Shown: in pieces, positions 28,699 through 37,494 of the stretch
How positions within the stretch are numbered: the stretch's first letter is position 1
Layout: the number at the start of each line of letters is the position of its first letter
Source: a virus
Strand: one strand, 5' to 3'
Virus record (IMG/VR): IMGVR_UViG_3300037424_002120
Coordinates: 1-64,000 of that record
Length of the DNA stretch: 64,000 nucleotides
Program-made: the position numbers and the translations under genes
The notes under the pieces: generated by a model
Told to the model about the DNA's origin: nothing
The model's database searches: none
The model's input: the letters and a program-made list of their open reading frames with translations, nothing else

Positions 28699-29888
28699 TG
28701 AGTGGAACACATGGATTGCTGCAACCGAATCAGCCTGGGTATTTCTATACCACACTTGAGGAGAGTTATGTTACTCTCTTCAAGATCAGTGCTGATAAGT
28801 GGTTCGAGCAGCACAAAAGTGAAGCGGATGCTGAGAAAGAGAGAAATGCTAGATCTGCGCATGCGGTAGCCAAAGCCTACATAACCGATGTCTTGGTTCA
28901 CCTGAGCAATGATCTCTACAAGGCTACCCAGTCAGAAAAGAGCCTCTGGGTATTTCTCTCGTTCCCTCAGCTAGAGAGTCGTCTGCATGGTGGCGTAAAA
29001 ATGCGCACTCTCAAGGATGCCATGAAAGAGATGATTGACGATGGCTATGTTTTCAAGCGTCCTAATCGAGATCCTCGCTACAAGGCTCTTGAGTATCGGT
29101 TAAACCTTCCCAAGTTCAGAAAAGAGCTAGAGGCGCTTCCATCAAAACTTGATAAAGACGAGAGTGCAAATCTGCACGATGGAATTGATGATGCAAAATT
29201 GCACGATGACAGTGCAAAATTGCACGATGACAGTGCAAATCTGCATCCAAGACGTAACATAGACTTAACAAAGAAGAAACAAATACAGAAAGAAAGAGAG
29301 AAAGAGCCGACTCAGCAAAAAGCAACCGTCTCTACTCAGGACGATTCTCATTCATTCGCTCCTTCTTCTTTTTTATCTTCTTCTTCAGAAACGAAAGCGG
29401 AGGTAGTCTTTTCTCAAGAGGAGGAAGCAGTATACACTCTAGCGGAGAGACTCGACCTGGTGTATCTCAAACGCGATGAGAAGCACAAAGAGAGCTGCGC
29501 CAAGCTCGTAGCAAAAGGTGTTGTCACTCTGGAGAAGATGGAGAGTCTCATTGCGCACTGCAAACAAGTCCCGTTCTTGCAGGGAAAGACTCTCAACTTG
29601 AAGAACCTGGTAAACGAGCTGTCTGGGTGGTCACAATTGCACCGACCTGAACCGAAGAAGGTCTACACCGTTGGTGAGATGCATCTGAGACCGTTTAGAG
29701 ACCAAGCAGCGGAGTCTTTGGCTAAGCAGGAAGAGGTCAAGGCTAGGATACAGAAGCAAGAAGCTGAACAAGGCCGTCCCCAAATGACTCTCAAAGAACG
29801 CGTGGCCGCTCAGAAGCAAAGAGAGAAGTTTCTCAAAGGCAAAGCAGAGTACGAAGCGGCCCTTGCTCGTGGTGAGAACCCGTACTAA
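28698..29888 (+). CDS. Replication initiator (lambda O/DnaD-like)
   Basis: Winged-helix-like N-terminal half, central iteron repeats, Lys/Glu-rich linker. Confidence 0.6.
   Translation: MSGTHGLLQPNQPGYFYTTLEESYVTLFKISADKWFEQHKSEADAEKERNARSAHAVAKAYITDVLVHLSNDLYKATQSEKSLWVFLSFPQLESRLHGGVKMRTLKDAMKEMIDDGYVFKRPNRDPRYKALEYRLNLPKFRKELEALPSKLDKDESANLHDGIDDAKLHDDSAKLHDDSANLHPRRNIDLTKKKQIQKEREKEPTQQKATVSTQDDSHSFAPSSFLSSSSETKAEVVFSQEEEAVYTLAERLDLVYLKRDEKHKESCAKLVAKGVVTLEKMESLIAHCKQVPFLQGKTLNLKNLVNELSGWSQLHRPEPKKVYTVGEMHLRPFRDQAAESLAKQEEVKARIQKQEAEQGRPQMTLKERVAAQKQREKFLKGKAEYEAALARGENPY
29163..29247. repeat. Four iterons (21-bp spacing for the last three), putative origin
   Basis: TGCAAA(AT/TC)TGCA palindromic core x4; TGCAAAATTGCACGATGACAG occurs twice in tandem; A-rich tract follows. 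Confidence 0.75.
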
Positions 29889-29983
29889 CAGAGGCCCTAA
29901 ATCGCCATTGCACTGAGCATGTAGAATAGACAGCTGAGGATTGCGCTTTGCAGTCCTCTCGCTAGCAAAGAAAGGACAACACA

Positions 29984-30196
29984 ATGGCAGAACTATCACC
30001 ACTCGAAACGATCTTCAACAAACGTTTAGAGAGAATAGGTGCTTCCTTGCGAAAAGAGCACAGTACGGGCGACAACTCGTACTCAACTGAATACATTATT
30101 CAATACGGTGAGATAACCGTAATAGAGCCAACGCTTGAATTTGCTTTAATTACCCTAATTGAGAAAATGGCAAAAAAAGAAAGGACAACACCATGA
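29984..30196 (+). CDS. Hypothetical protein
   Basis: SD GAAAGGAC; stop overlaps the next start. Confidence 0.6.
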   Translation: MAELSPLETIFNKRLERIGASLRKEHSTGDNSYSTEYIIQYGEITVIEPTLEFALITLIEKMAKKERTTP

Positions 30197-30220
30197 GGCC
30201 AAGTGACGACTCTCAATCCC

Positions 30221-31507
30221 CTAGAAGGGGATGAGCTTCTGAGTCACTTCAACGGGGTGGCCTGCTCCCGAGGGAACCTGCTCCAAGAGCAGTGGTTGAT
30301 CCGGTGACTGGCTCAGACAACAAGCACCCGAAGATGCCAGGGGCGTGTCTGCCCTACTACTACGCCGGGACAAGCCAGGACGTAGATACGTGACGGAACG
30401 AGGAAACGACACATGCTCATCAAAAGCGAGCTGATGCATATTGACACTGCCAACAATATCGCGGTGTCCTGTGAAGCCACAAGCCTTACATGCCCAATTT
30501 CTTCCCTTGGGTTTGTGTTTGTGCCCACAGACCGGACACTGGCTGCTTGTTCCTCGTTCGGAGCCAGTGAAGCTCTTGATGTGGGCCTGTTTGGATTTGT
30601 GAGTCAGGTAGTCGATATCCTTACCGTATTCCCACAAGGCCATGCGCTGATTATGGTGCCTCCCACAATTGCGGTTGCGGACACCATGGGGATTGCCGAT
30701 GAAGAGACTGCCAACTTTCTGTTCTTGGCAGAAGGTGATGACGGATCTGGTGGCTTTGTGTCGCAGATCACGAATGCGTCGCTCTGCTCTTGCCTTGATC
30801 TTGTTCTTGGCTCTTTGGATTTTCTTCCACCGTCTGGAGTACTTCGTGCATCTGGATTGCTTCTTCGCAATTTTGCCCAGTTGCTTGGTTCTCTGCCTTT
30901 TGAGAGATCGAATGCCACGACCTGTCACGATCATGGCTTGTCCTGTGTTTGTCGAGACGGCGGCAAGATGGATCTCTCCAAGGTCTACGGTTGCCTGAAC
31001 CGTTCCTGGTGCTTCCTTCTCTTGAGGTGTTTCAACACAGACATGCAGCTCAAATCCAGTGTTCCAGACAAGGCTACAAGCACCACTGTTCTCAGGGAGT
31101 TCGAGAGGCAGAACAATGGATTTGTTTCCTCTCCCCATTGGCAGAACAATCTTGTTGCCCTTTTTGCAGATAGCTTGTGCAGGCCAATGCACAGGATAGA
31201 AGCGCTTTTCCCTCCAAGGATACTTCATCTGCATTTGAGGATGGGTTTGACGAAGTTGACGTGTGGTATCGATATTCGCAAGAAAAGCATGCACCACCAT
31301 CTGCACAGACTGACTATGCAGTGCAAATTGTCCTTTGGTGGCTTTTTGCAAATCGCTTCGCCCAGGCCATGTGGCGTGTTCCATTCTGGCTTGCTTATGT
31401 GCCTCACAACACAGGTTCCACACTTTTGCGGATTCCATCTGAGCGGCTTTCAGACAAGCAAACAATTTTGGGGTGGGTTGCAATCGATACACACGGACTG
31501 TATTCAT
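30221..31507 (-). CDS. tnpB: TnpB (RuvC-II rearranged type)
   Basis: TVDLG; FIGN in place of the usual RuvC-II Glu, with a Glu in SERGTS; CPVC/CKAC; HRD; likely start MNTVRVYRL. Confidence 0.9.
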   Translation of the reverse strand: MNTVRVYRLQPTPKLFACLKAAQMESAKVWNLCCEAHKQARMEHATWPGRSDLQKATKGQFALHSQSVQMVVHAFLANIDTTRQLRQTHPQMQMKYPWREKRFYPVHWPAQAICKKGNKIVLPMGRGNKSIVLPLELPENSGACSLVWNTGFELHVCVETPQEKEAPGTVQATVDLGEIHLAAVSTNTGQAMIVTGRGIRSLKRQRTKQLGKIAKKQSRCTKYSRRWKKIQRAKNKIKARAERRIRDLRHKATRSVITFCQEQKVGSLFIGNPHGVRNRNCGRHHNQRMALWEYGKDIDYLTHKSKQAHIKSFTGSERGTSSQCPVCGHKHKPKGRNWACKACGFTGHRDIVGSVNMHQLAFDEHVSFPRSVTYLRPGLSRRSSRADTPLASSGACCLSQSPDQPLLLEQVPSGAGHPVEVTQKLIPF

Positions 31508-31521
31508 GGTAGTATTCTCGC

Positions 31522-31935
31522 ATGAATACAGATAGATTACAAGTGGGTAAAACCAGATGGTGCCATTACATGATCGGGTACCACTTGGTTTGGATACCCA
31601 AGTACAGGAGAAAAATCTTTGTGGGAGGAGTTGAAGCGGAAACAAAAAAGCTGATTGCAGCATGTTGTGAACAGCATGATGTGACACTTCTTGCGCTCGA
31701 AACGGATGTGGATCATGTCCATGTGTTTGTGAGTGCTCCTCCTCGCTTGAGCCCTTCAACGATTGCGGGACTGCTCAAAGGGTACACATCACGGTATCTG
31801 CGAGAGAAGTTCCCACATCTCAAGAAATTGTGTGGGAAAGAGCATTTGTGGTCAAGCAGCTATTATGTTGGCACGGCTGGGAGCGTTTCGGCGGAGGTCA
31901 TTCGCCGCTACATTTCTGAGTGCCAGGGAAAGTAG
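31522..31935 (+). CDS. tnpA: Y1 HUH transposase TnpA
   Basis: YHLVWIPKYRR, DHVH (HUH), LKGYTSR, LWSSSYY, RYI. Confidence 0.97.
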   Translation: MNTDRLQVGKTRWCHYMIGYHLVWIPKYRRKIFVGGVEAETKKLIAACCEQHDVTLLALETDVDHVHVFVSAPPRLSPSTIAGLLKGYTSRYLREKFPHLKKLCGKEHLWSSSYYVGTAGSVSAEVIRRYISECQGK

Positions 31936-32212
31936 CAGAAAGGGAACAGGGCACGCTTTCATCCCAAATCCCCTAGAAGGGGATGGGACTTCCCGCGTGC
32001 CTTTCGTTAATTTCAGAGCGTGGTATAAATACGGCGAAAAGATGCTTGAAGTGGTAAGTATCCATTTTGGCAGAGAGCAAGTGTACGTGCGCATTTTAAA
32101 GCCTATCAATGACATCTACGATGGTGAACTGTATTGTATCTCTTCTGTTGAGTTGAGAGACAACAAGATAGTTGCCATGTATTATAAAGCACGCCGTTAG
32201 CAGAAATGGACG

Positions 32213-33368
32213 ATGATGGAACTCCAAGACATACAGCAAGAGATGCAAAAGTGCAAAAAGTATGATCCAGCAAAAGCACACGTAAAAGCTGACGCGCTTC
32301 TGAGCGAACTGGCAACGCTACTAGCATCTCGTATCGATGTTGAAACGCAGCAAAAGACGCAACAGATTATACAGACTTACGATAAAATCAAGAAGTGGTA
32401 TGCTTAGCTGAAAGGATACACAGCCATGCACAGTTATGGAGGTCATCGGCAACATCTGGGAGCACCAAACCCTCCTAGACAGCACTGAGCAGCCCGACAA
32501 TACCCAGTAGTCAATGTTTGCACCTAGTTTTGTATTGCTCAGCAAAGAGGCTTTAGATTGCCGCTAGGTGCCAAAATCTCGGCAAAGTGCTCAGAAAATG
32601 CGAGAAAACACGGCAAAACATTTCAGTTTTTGCCGACAAGCCAGAAATCTGCGCAGTACTGCGCAAAATGTCACCAAAAGTACTATAATGCAGGCATGAT
32701 TTGGCAAAAGGCACACAGAATCGCGGGAAAACAGAATCGATTGCCGCCTAAAGCCAAGAAAAGAAAGGACACAACATGCAAAGCAAAACAGTAATGACAT
32801 TACAGTGCGCATTAACATTTCATCCACGAGTGATGTCATATGATGCAAATCATGAGACGCCTGCTTATGTTGTAATTGAGAGGTTTTACAGGCACTTTGG
32901 TGCTGATGTGCTGGACTCGTGCGTTTTTAGCCTGGCCGTCATTAGAGAAGGAAAACTAGAAGAGAGTATGATGTTCTTCAATTACGAAGAATTAGAGCAG
33001 GGATTGATAAAAAACGTGCACGGCGGGCGTGAGATCTCTCTCGGAGAGCATTGGACAGCAACTCAGTGAGAAAGGACATTGTGACAGAGAAGCAACGAAT
33101 AGCAGCAATTGACGCGCTTGCAGAAGAGTTGCTATTCCGATGGAAGAGAAGCACATTTTGTGGATATAGCACTGAGGCGAAAGAATGCCTCAGAACTCGT
33201 ACAATTAAACAGTTGCGTACACTACATGAGGATGGCAATCTCAATGCAAAAGATGTGTATGAGTTCTTGATTACAGGATATTGGCATAATGCCACAGAAG
33301 AACAGAAGTTGAAGTGTGAGAATGCAGTACAAGCGATGAAAGAAATTCTAAAAGAGGAGACAAATTAG
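32213..33368 (+). CDS. Small hypothetical genes (32213-32407, 32558-32794, 32776-33069, ~33081-33368)
   Basis: Co-oriented, some with GAAAGGAC SD sites; ends at a bidirectional terminator near 33372-33412. Confidence 0.55.
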
Positions 33369-33415
33369 CACAAAAGAGAGACTGCACCTCAACTACGAGA
33401 ATGCAGTCTCTTTAG

Positions 33416-33631
33416 CTAAATGCGGCTATCTAGGAACTCTTCAAGCTCTTTAAGAGAGCGAAAACCTTGTGACCTGCTCTCCAACACAGCATTATCGTCT
33501 GGAGAGACGAATGGCGCTATCCAGTATCGTGCTTCTTGCGGGTACTGGTGCCCAACATGGATATACTTCTGGGAACTATTTAGCCAGTTCCAGCCTGCAT
33601 TCTTCAATTTCGCGTTAATTTTGTCCTTCAC
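33416..33631 (-). CDS. Small hypothetical protein, last gene of the putative acr operon
   Basis: GTG start coupled to the upstream stop. Confidence 0.6.
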   Translation of the reverse strand: MKDKINAKLKNAGWNWLNSSQKYIHVGHQYPQEARYWIAPFVSPDDNAVLESRSQGFRSLKELEEFLDSRI

Positions 33632-34143
33632 TATGCCTTTTCTCCTCTATAGAGCACCAGATAAGCAGCTCTTAGCTTTTGCTGCATGCCAAGTATTTTT
33701 GTCACTGCATGGTCATCGGCCTGGGAGCCTCCGATTTGCTGATAGAAGAGACTTACATACTCCTGAGCTATCCCTATCCTACATCCGGTCATTTCGCTCA
33801 TCTCGCCAGCACTAGATGCTTGAGCAAAATCTAGATCATTGCTAGATGCTTCTAGAATACTAAAAAGAAGATTAAATGGCTCTTTAATGGCATAATCGCT
33901 AGGGACATCTCTACGATGAATACTAATGCGATGCTTAGCAGCAAATTGAGCCATCTCTTTGATCATGCCAATGTTGCCTTTGACACGAGATTGCCCAAGA
34001 TGTGCAGCATACCACGATTTGAATTGCTCAGATTGATCATCGAGCATTCCCGCTTCAGCAGAGAGTAAGCCAGCATTAATTGCTGAATAAATCGTTGAGG
34101 AGGTAATACCGTACTTACGGCTTACCTCATGCACTGAACGCAT
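33631..34143 (-). CDS. HTH fused to a Cas11d (Cas10d C-terminus)-like helical domain; candidate anti-CRISPR
   Basis: N-terminal HTH (VHEVSRKYGITSSTIYSAI); C-terminal S.YAI..P..LLF...EYV.LFY...KLRAAYL.LYR resembles the type I-D small subunit by eye. Confidence 0.5.
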   Translation of the reverse strand: MRSVHEVSRKYGITSSTIYSAINAGLLSAEAGMLDDQSEQFKSWYAAHLGQSRVKGNIGMIKEMAQFAAKHRISIHRRDVPSDYAIKEPFNLLFSILEASSNDLDFAQASSAGEMSEMTGCRIGIAQEYVSLFYQQIGGSQADDHAVTKILGMQQKLRAAYLVLYRGEKA

Positions 34144-34146
34144 TGC

Positions 34147-34701
34147 CTACCTCACTACCAATTCAAATGCAGACGCGCCTAAAATGCTAAAATTCATGAT
34201 GATGACTTCATCCATCCCAACGAAATAACCATCATATCCTTGAGATTGAAGATAAAGGCCGATGATAGCCCATCCCCAATCTGCAAGAAGATCGTCTTGA
34301 TTGCAGGTTTTCTGAAGCTTCTCAGAAGGCGCAAGACCTTCATCCGATAGCAACAGATATCCCTGTTCTAATCCCCATTGCCGAGCTGCTTGACTAGCTT
34401 CATCGGCCTGTTGATGCGTTGCCAGTTTTACCCCTGGCAACGATACTTTGACGACTGCAAGATGAAGCTCACTACCCCATCCATAAATTTTTTGCCCCCA
34501 ATCACGTGCATCCCTTTCGCTCCACGTGCAGCTAAAGCCTGAACCACCTTGACACCCGCCTTGGGTTCCAATCTGGTTTTGATCAAAACCAGATTGAAGG
34601 AGAGACTGAATATTCTCTTTGAGAGAGACATGATAGAATATATCTCCATCACGATACTCATTGATGTATTCCATATATTCTGCATATGGTACTCTTCGCA
34701 T
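34147..34701 (-). CDS. ADP-ribosyltransferase-fold protein
   Basis: FYH..., G.GFSCT, GYDGY...DEVII pattern of PARP/ART-like domains. Confidence 0.6.
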   Translation of the reverse strand: MRRVPYAEYMEYINEYRDGDIFYHVSLKENIQSLLQSGFDQNQIGTQGGCQGGSGFSCTWSERDARDWGQKIYGWGSELHLAVVKVSLPGVKLATHQQADEASQAARQWGLEQGYLLLSDEGLAPSEKLQKTCNQDDLLADWGWAIIGLYLQSQGYDGYFVGMDEVIIMNFSILGASAFELVVR

Positions 34702-34723
34702 AGCGCTGACTCCTCTTCGTTTA

Positions 34724-34778
34724 AATCGTGTACGATTACTATGATAGTAGTATAAATCAATCGTATACGATTTGTCAA
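34724..34778 (-). promoter_or_regulatory. Promoter with two palindromic operators
   Basis: TTGACA-18-TATACT; AATCGTATACGATT at 34759-34772 in the spacer and AATCGTGTACGATT at 34724-34737. Confidence 0.8.
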
Positions 34779-34891
34779 TACCTTTTCAAGCCTCTTTTCA
34801 GCATTCTCGTGTACTCGCTATTGCCTGTATTGCAGCATAGCAAAAGGCAAAAAGAAAGCCCGACTCTCGATTAAGAGACATCGGGCAATTG

Positions 34892-35098
34892 CTACTTTGG
34901 TGGCTCCCAATGACGCGGAAAACTCAAATGCACGGTCATCCTTGGGCCAGAGCCAGGCATGATGAGCTTGACGACCATTCTACCGCTTTCATCGCCACTA
35001 TCTTCTGGCTCTTGTTCAAACTCTAATTTGCGTGTGATGCCATCCACCATAACACCACTAAAGAACGATTCAATGTACTCTTGTGTTTTTTCGTCCAC
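34892..35098 (-). CDS. Small acidic hypothetical protein
   Basis: Follows the HD gene; terminator hairpin near 34850-34890. Confidence 0.5.
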   Translation of the reverse strand: MDEKTQEYIESFFSGVMVDGITRKLEFEQEPEDSGDESGRMVVKLIMPGSGPRMTVHLSFPRHWEPPK

Positions 35099-35114
35099 AA
35101 CGTTTTTTCTTATG

Positions 35115-35996
35115 CTAGTGAGCTTCTAACCACACAACAACATTATCAAACTCCTCAATTAGTCTTGCAACATTATACATGAAGTCGCTTCCTTGCGTAT
35201 TTGCATCCATAATATCGCTTATTCTACTTCTGAATGCATTTACTAACTCCCGATGAAACCACAGTGTGTTGGTTTTTTGCTCACTGACATCCCTGCCAGC
35301 CTTCTTGAAGATATTGTAGGCCTCATCGCCTTGCTCCTCTACAGAAGGCACAAGGTCATCCCGTGCACTTTGCAGCTTGTCGGCCACGGAGATCAGCAGA
35401 GCGCCGACAGAGACCTCACTGAGATGATTGAGATAGGCACGCTTCCGATCGAGCCAAGGTGCCTTCTCTTCGCCCCCTGGGCCTATCTCAGTGCATTCCT
35501 TCACGAGATCGAGGACTTCCTGGCCATAATCTCCGCATCCTTCTAAGATACGCCTCTCAGGGTCTCTTTGCGGCTGGTCCTCAAGAGCATCATGCAGCGC
35601 GGATGCTGTAATCATCGCCACAGATCCTCTTGCCATCTGGACCATGAGAGCAACCTTAGAGAGATGCTCTTCGAAGTAGGACTTCCCTGTCCTCTTGCGT
35701 ATCTGTCCCCTGTGCAGTTCTTCTGCAAGATCCATACCCATACTGGGAGGAAGATCCTTCCCAATCACCCAAATTCCTTTTTTATGATCAAAATCTATAC
35801 CCTTATCTACATGCCTATCTGCCCACTTCCTTGCAATATCTTCTCGTATTCTTTCATCATCGGAAGAAATTCTAGAAGACCAATTCTTATTCATATAAAC
35901 GAGCACATCTTGCTCGTTTAGCACTTGAGGAAAGGCCGCATTCATTTCCCGACTTATCGCTTGATACCTAGCTTCAAATTCTTTGCGTCCCATCAT
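35115..35996 (-). CDS. HD-domain hydrolase, RelA/SpoT hydrolase (SAH/Mesh1)-like, with an N-terminal extension
   Basis: HRGQIRK..G.SY..H..KVA, ALHDALED, ADKLQSARD. Confidence 0.85.
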   Translation of the reverse strand: MMGRKEFEARYQAISREMNAAFPQVLNEQDVLVYMNKNWSSRISSDDERIREDIARKWADRHVDKGIDFDHKKGIWVIGKDLPPSMGMDLAEELHRGQIRKRTGKSYFEEHLSKVALMVQMARGSVAMITASALHDALEDQPQRDPERRILEGCGDYGQEVLDLVKECTEIGPGGEEKAPWLDRKRAYLNHLSEVSVGALLISVADKLQSARDDLVPSVEEQGDEAYNIFKKAGRDVSEQKTNTLWFHRELVNAFRSRISDIMDANTQGSDFMYNVARLIEEFDNVVVWLEAH

Positions 35997-36260
35997 CAAA
36001 AATCCTTTCTGAGTACCATTCTGGGTGGTAATACTTGCCGTCCATTTCACGTGTATAAGGCCACACGTGGACCTCTCCACAGGGGGATACTTCTACATGT
36101 ACATTGTCCAGCTCGCAAACGCAATCCTCGCCAATGGATGGACTGCATTTGCAATCTGATATTATAACTCCGTCATGCAAAACTTCTTTCAAAACTTCTT
36201 TAGTATGGTTGTTCATGTTTTCCTCGTTGGTGATGTTCCATTTTTCCGATGGAACATCAC

Positions 36261-36674
36261 CAAACGTCCTTTCTGGATACCCCTGCCCTTTAGGCATGGG
36301 GAGGAATGAAAGCATCCCACAGGCTGGAAAATCGGTTGTATATCCTACGAGTTGTAGGAAGTGGTGGCTGACATTGTGAGTGCCACAACGGGCGTTACCC
36401 GTGCCACCATCAGCCAGTTACGGCGCACTGCTTGCGCAGGTAATGGTTGCCTCGACAAGGTTCAAAGCGGTTTAACGCTGCAAGCACTGGCACTAACCCT
36501 CGTCAGCCTGTTTAACCTGCAGCCGTAGAGCATCGGGCTGGCACGCACCCTATGGTACCTATTTCGCCATGAACGTAGTTTCTGTTTCAAAACTGAGTCT
36601 GGTCAGGTGAAACCGTTAGCAACCCGCGAGCGGATTACTGCAAGCCCCTGCCCTTTAGGCATGGGGTCCCTGAC
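36261..36674 (-). mobile_element. Non-autonomous IS200/IS605 (IscB-type) element, 414 bp
   Basis: Identical CCCCTGCCCTTTAGGCATGGGG hairpins at both ends; TCAC target on plus strand; ends TGAC; no nuclease ORF. Confidence 0.88.
36425..36674 (-). ncRNA. Standalone IscB omega-RNA (HEARO-like) scaffold
   Basis: GACCAGACUCAG...AACUACGUU...AUAGGUACC..GGGUGCGUGCCAGCCC..GCUCUACGG...UAAACAG...CAGUG...AAACC...AACCUUGUCGAGGCAACCAUUACC series of motifs. Confidence 0.85.
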
Positions 36675-36942
36675 ATTCTATTCGATTGCCTAGCACGCCA
36701 TGGGCTAATTTCATGGCCTTGTTGAGGCCTCTCAGCCAATCAGATCTTAGCTTGTCTGAATTTCTTGGACCATCTCCTGTCCAATTTTTGTTCATAAAAT
36801 CGAGTATCTCTTGCTCGAATTCATGAACTTCCTGAAATGCTTTCATTTTTGGGAAATTATTCATCAAACGTCCTTTCTTCTATCAAGCCTACAATTGGCT
36901 TGCGCCTGCCGATTACAGAGCAACCGGCAGAAACTAACCAAT

Positions 36943-37494
36943 CTACTGCACTCTCCACAGGCTAAACTTAATTGCTGCATTCTCTACCGTCTCGGCGCTG
37001 TGGACCTCACCCTCTGCAAGGCGAGGTAATTGCGCCTGAATGACAATCAGTTGATCACCGCTTTGGAGAGACACTTTCGGTGCTCTCTCTGGAATTGGAA
37101 GATCGATCCAGAATTTACGCTTGATGGCATCAATTGTTGATGCGTGTGATGGATTAAGAGCAGAAACTACATTAGACCCTTGCAGGGTTGTTCTTACTCT
37201 ATCATGATTGATAGAGGTTTTTACCATCGACGCCTCATCGGGAAACATTGTGTCTGATATTGCTAATGAAATGAATGTTGTCATTGGATTGACCTTTCTC
37301 TTTTGTCTATTTTGCTGGTACCGTGCGTACCAAGCAATGAAATCTGATTGATCAACTGCGTACATTCTGCCCCATGGGGACTTGTGAGCTTTCAGCCCCC
37401 ATGGCTTGCCTCTAAAGCCATCGCGTATCGCGTTATTGAGTACGTTGTGTGATATACCGTACTCAATAACATAAGCGGCTACAGGCCGCTCCAT
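36943..37494 (-). CDS. acrIII-1: HTH fused to an AcrIII-1 (DUF1874/STIV B116-like) ring nuclease
   Basis: From M71: ISLAISDTM...SHAST...SLQSGDQLIVIQ...RLAEGEV...IKF with the catalytic His retained; internal SD GAAAGG before the ATG at 37284. Confidence 0.8.
   Translation of the reverse strand: MERPVAAYVIEYGISHNVLNNAIRDGFRGKPWGLKAHKSPWGRMYAVDQSDFIAWYARYQQNRQKRKVNPMTTFISLAISDTMFPDEASMVKTSINHDRVRTTLQGSNVVSALNPSHASTIDAIKRKFWIDLPIPERAPKVSLQSGDQLIVIQAQLPRLAEGEVHSAETVENAAIKFSLWRVQ

Larger units (their letters stand above)
30203..32006 (-). mobile_element. IS605-type element with divergent tnpA and tnpB
   Basis: ATCCCCTAGAAGGGGATG hairpin at both ends; inserted 3' of TTAA and ends GTCAC in tnpB orientation. 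Confidence 0.92.
30193..32200 (+). pseudogene. Short YopX-like gene split by the IS605-type element (30193-30202 + 32007-32200)
   Basis: Rejoined frame reads MRPINFRAWYKYGEKMLEVVSIHF, matching the YopX N-terminal (K/N)FRAW motif. Confidence 0.75.
35974..36864 (-). pseudogene. Hypothetical gene split by the omega-RNA element (36864-36675 + 36260-35974)
   Basis: Rejoined frame ...GNRIE-C-DVPSEKWNITNEENMNNH... is continuous. Confidence 0.75.

Noticed and set aside
30413-31525. 370-aa plus-strand ORF
   Set aside because: Antisense shadow of tnpB
31508-31759. N-terminal 84 aa of the 512-aa TnpB ORF
   Set aside because: Overlaps tnpA on the opposite strand; the likely start is MNTVRVY at 31507
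31763-32006. N-terminal part of the 145-aa ORF
   Set aside because: Read-through of tnpA and IS end sequence into the YopX-like remnant
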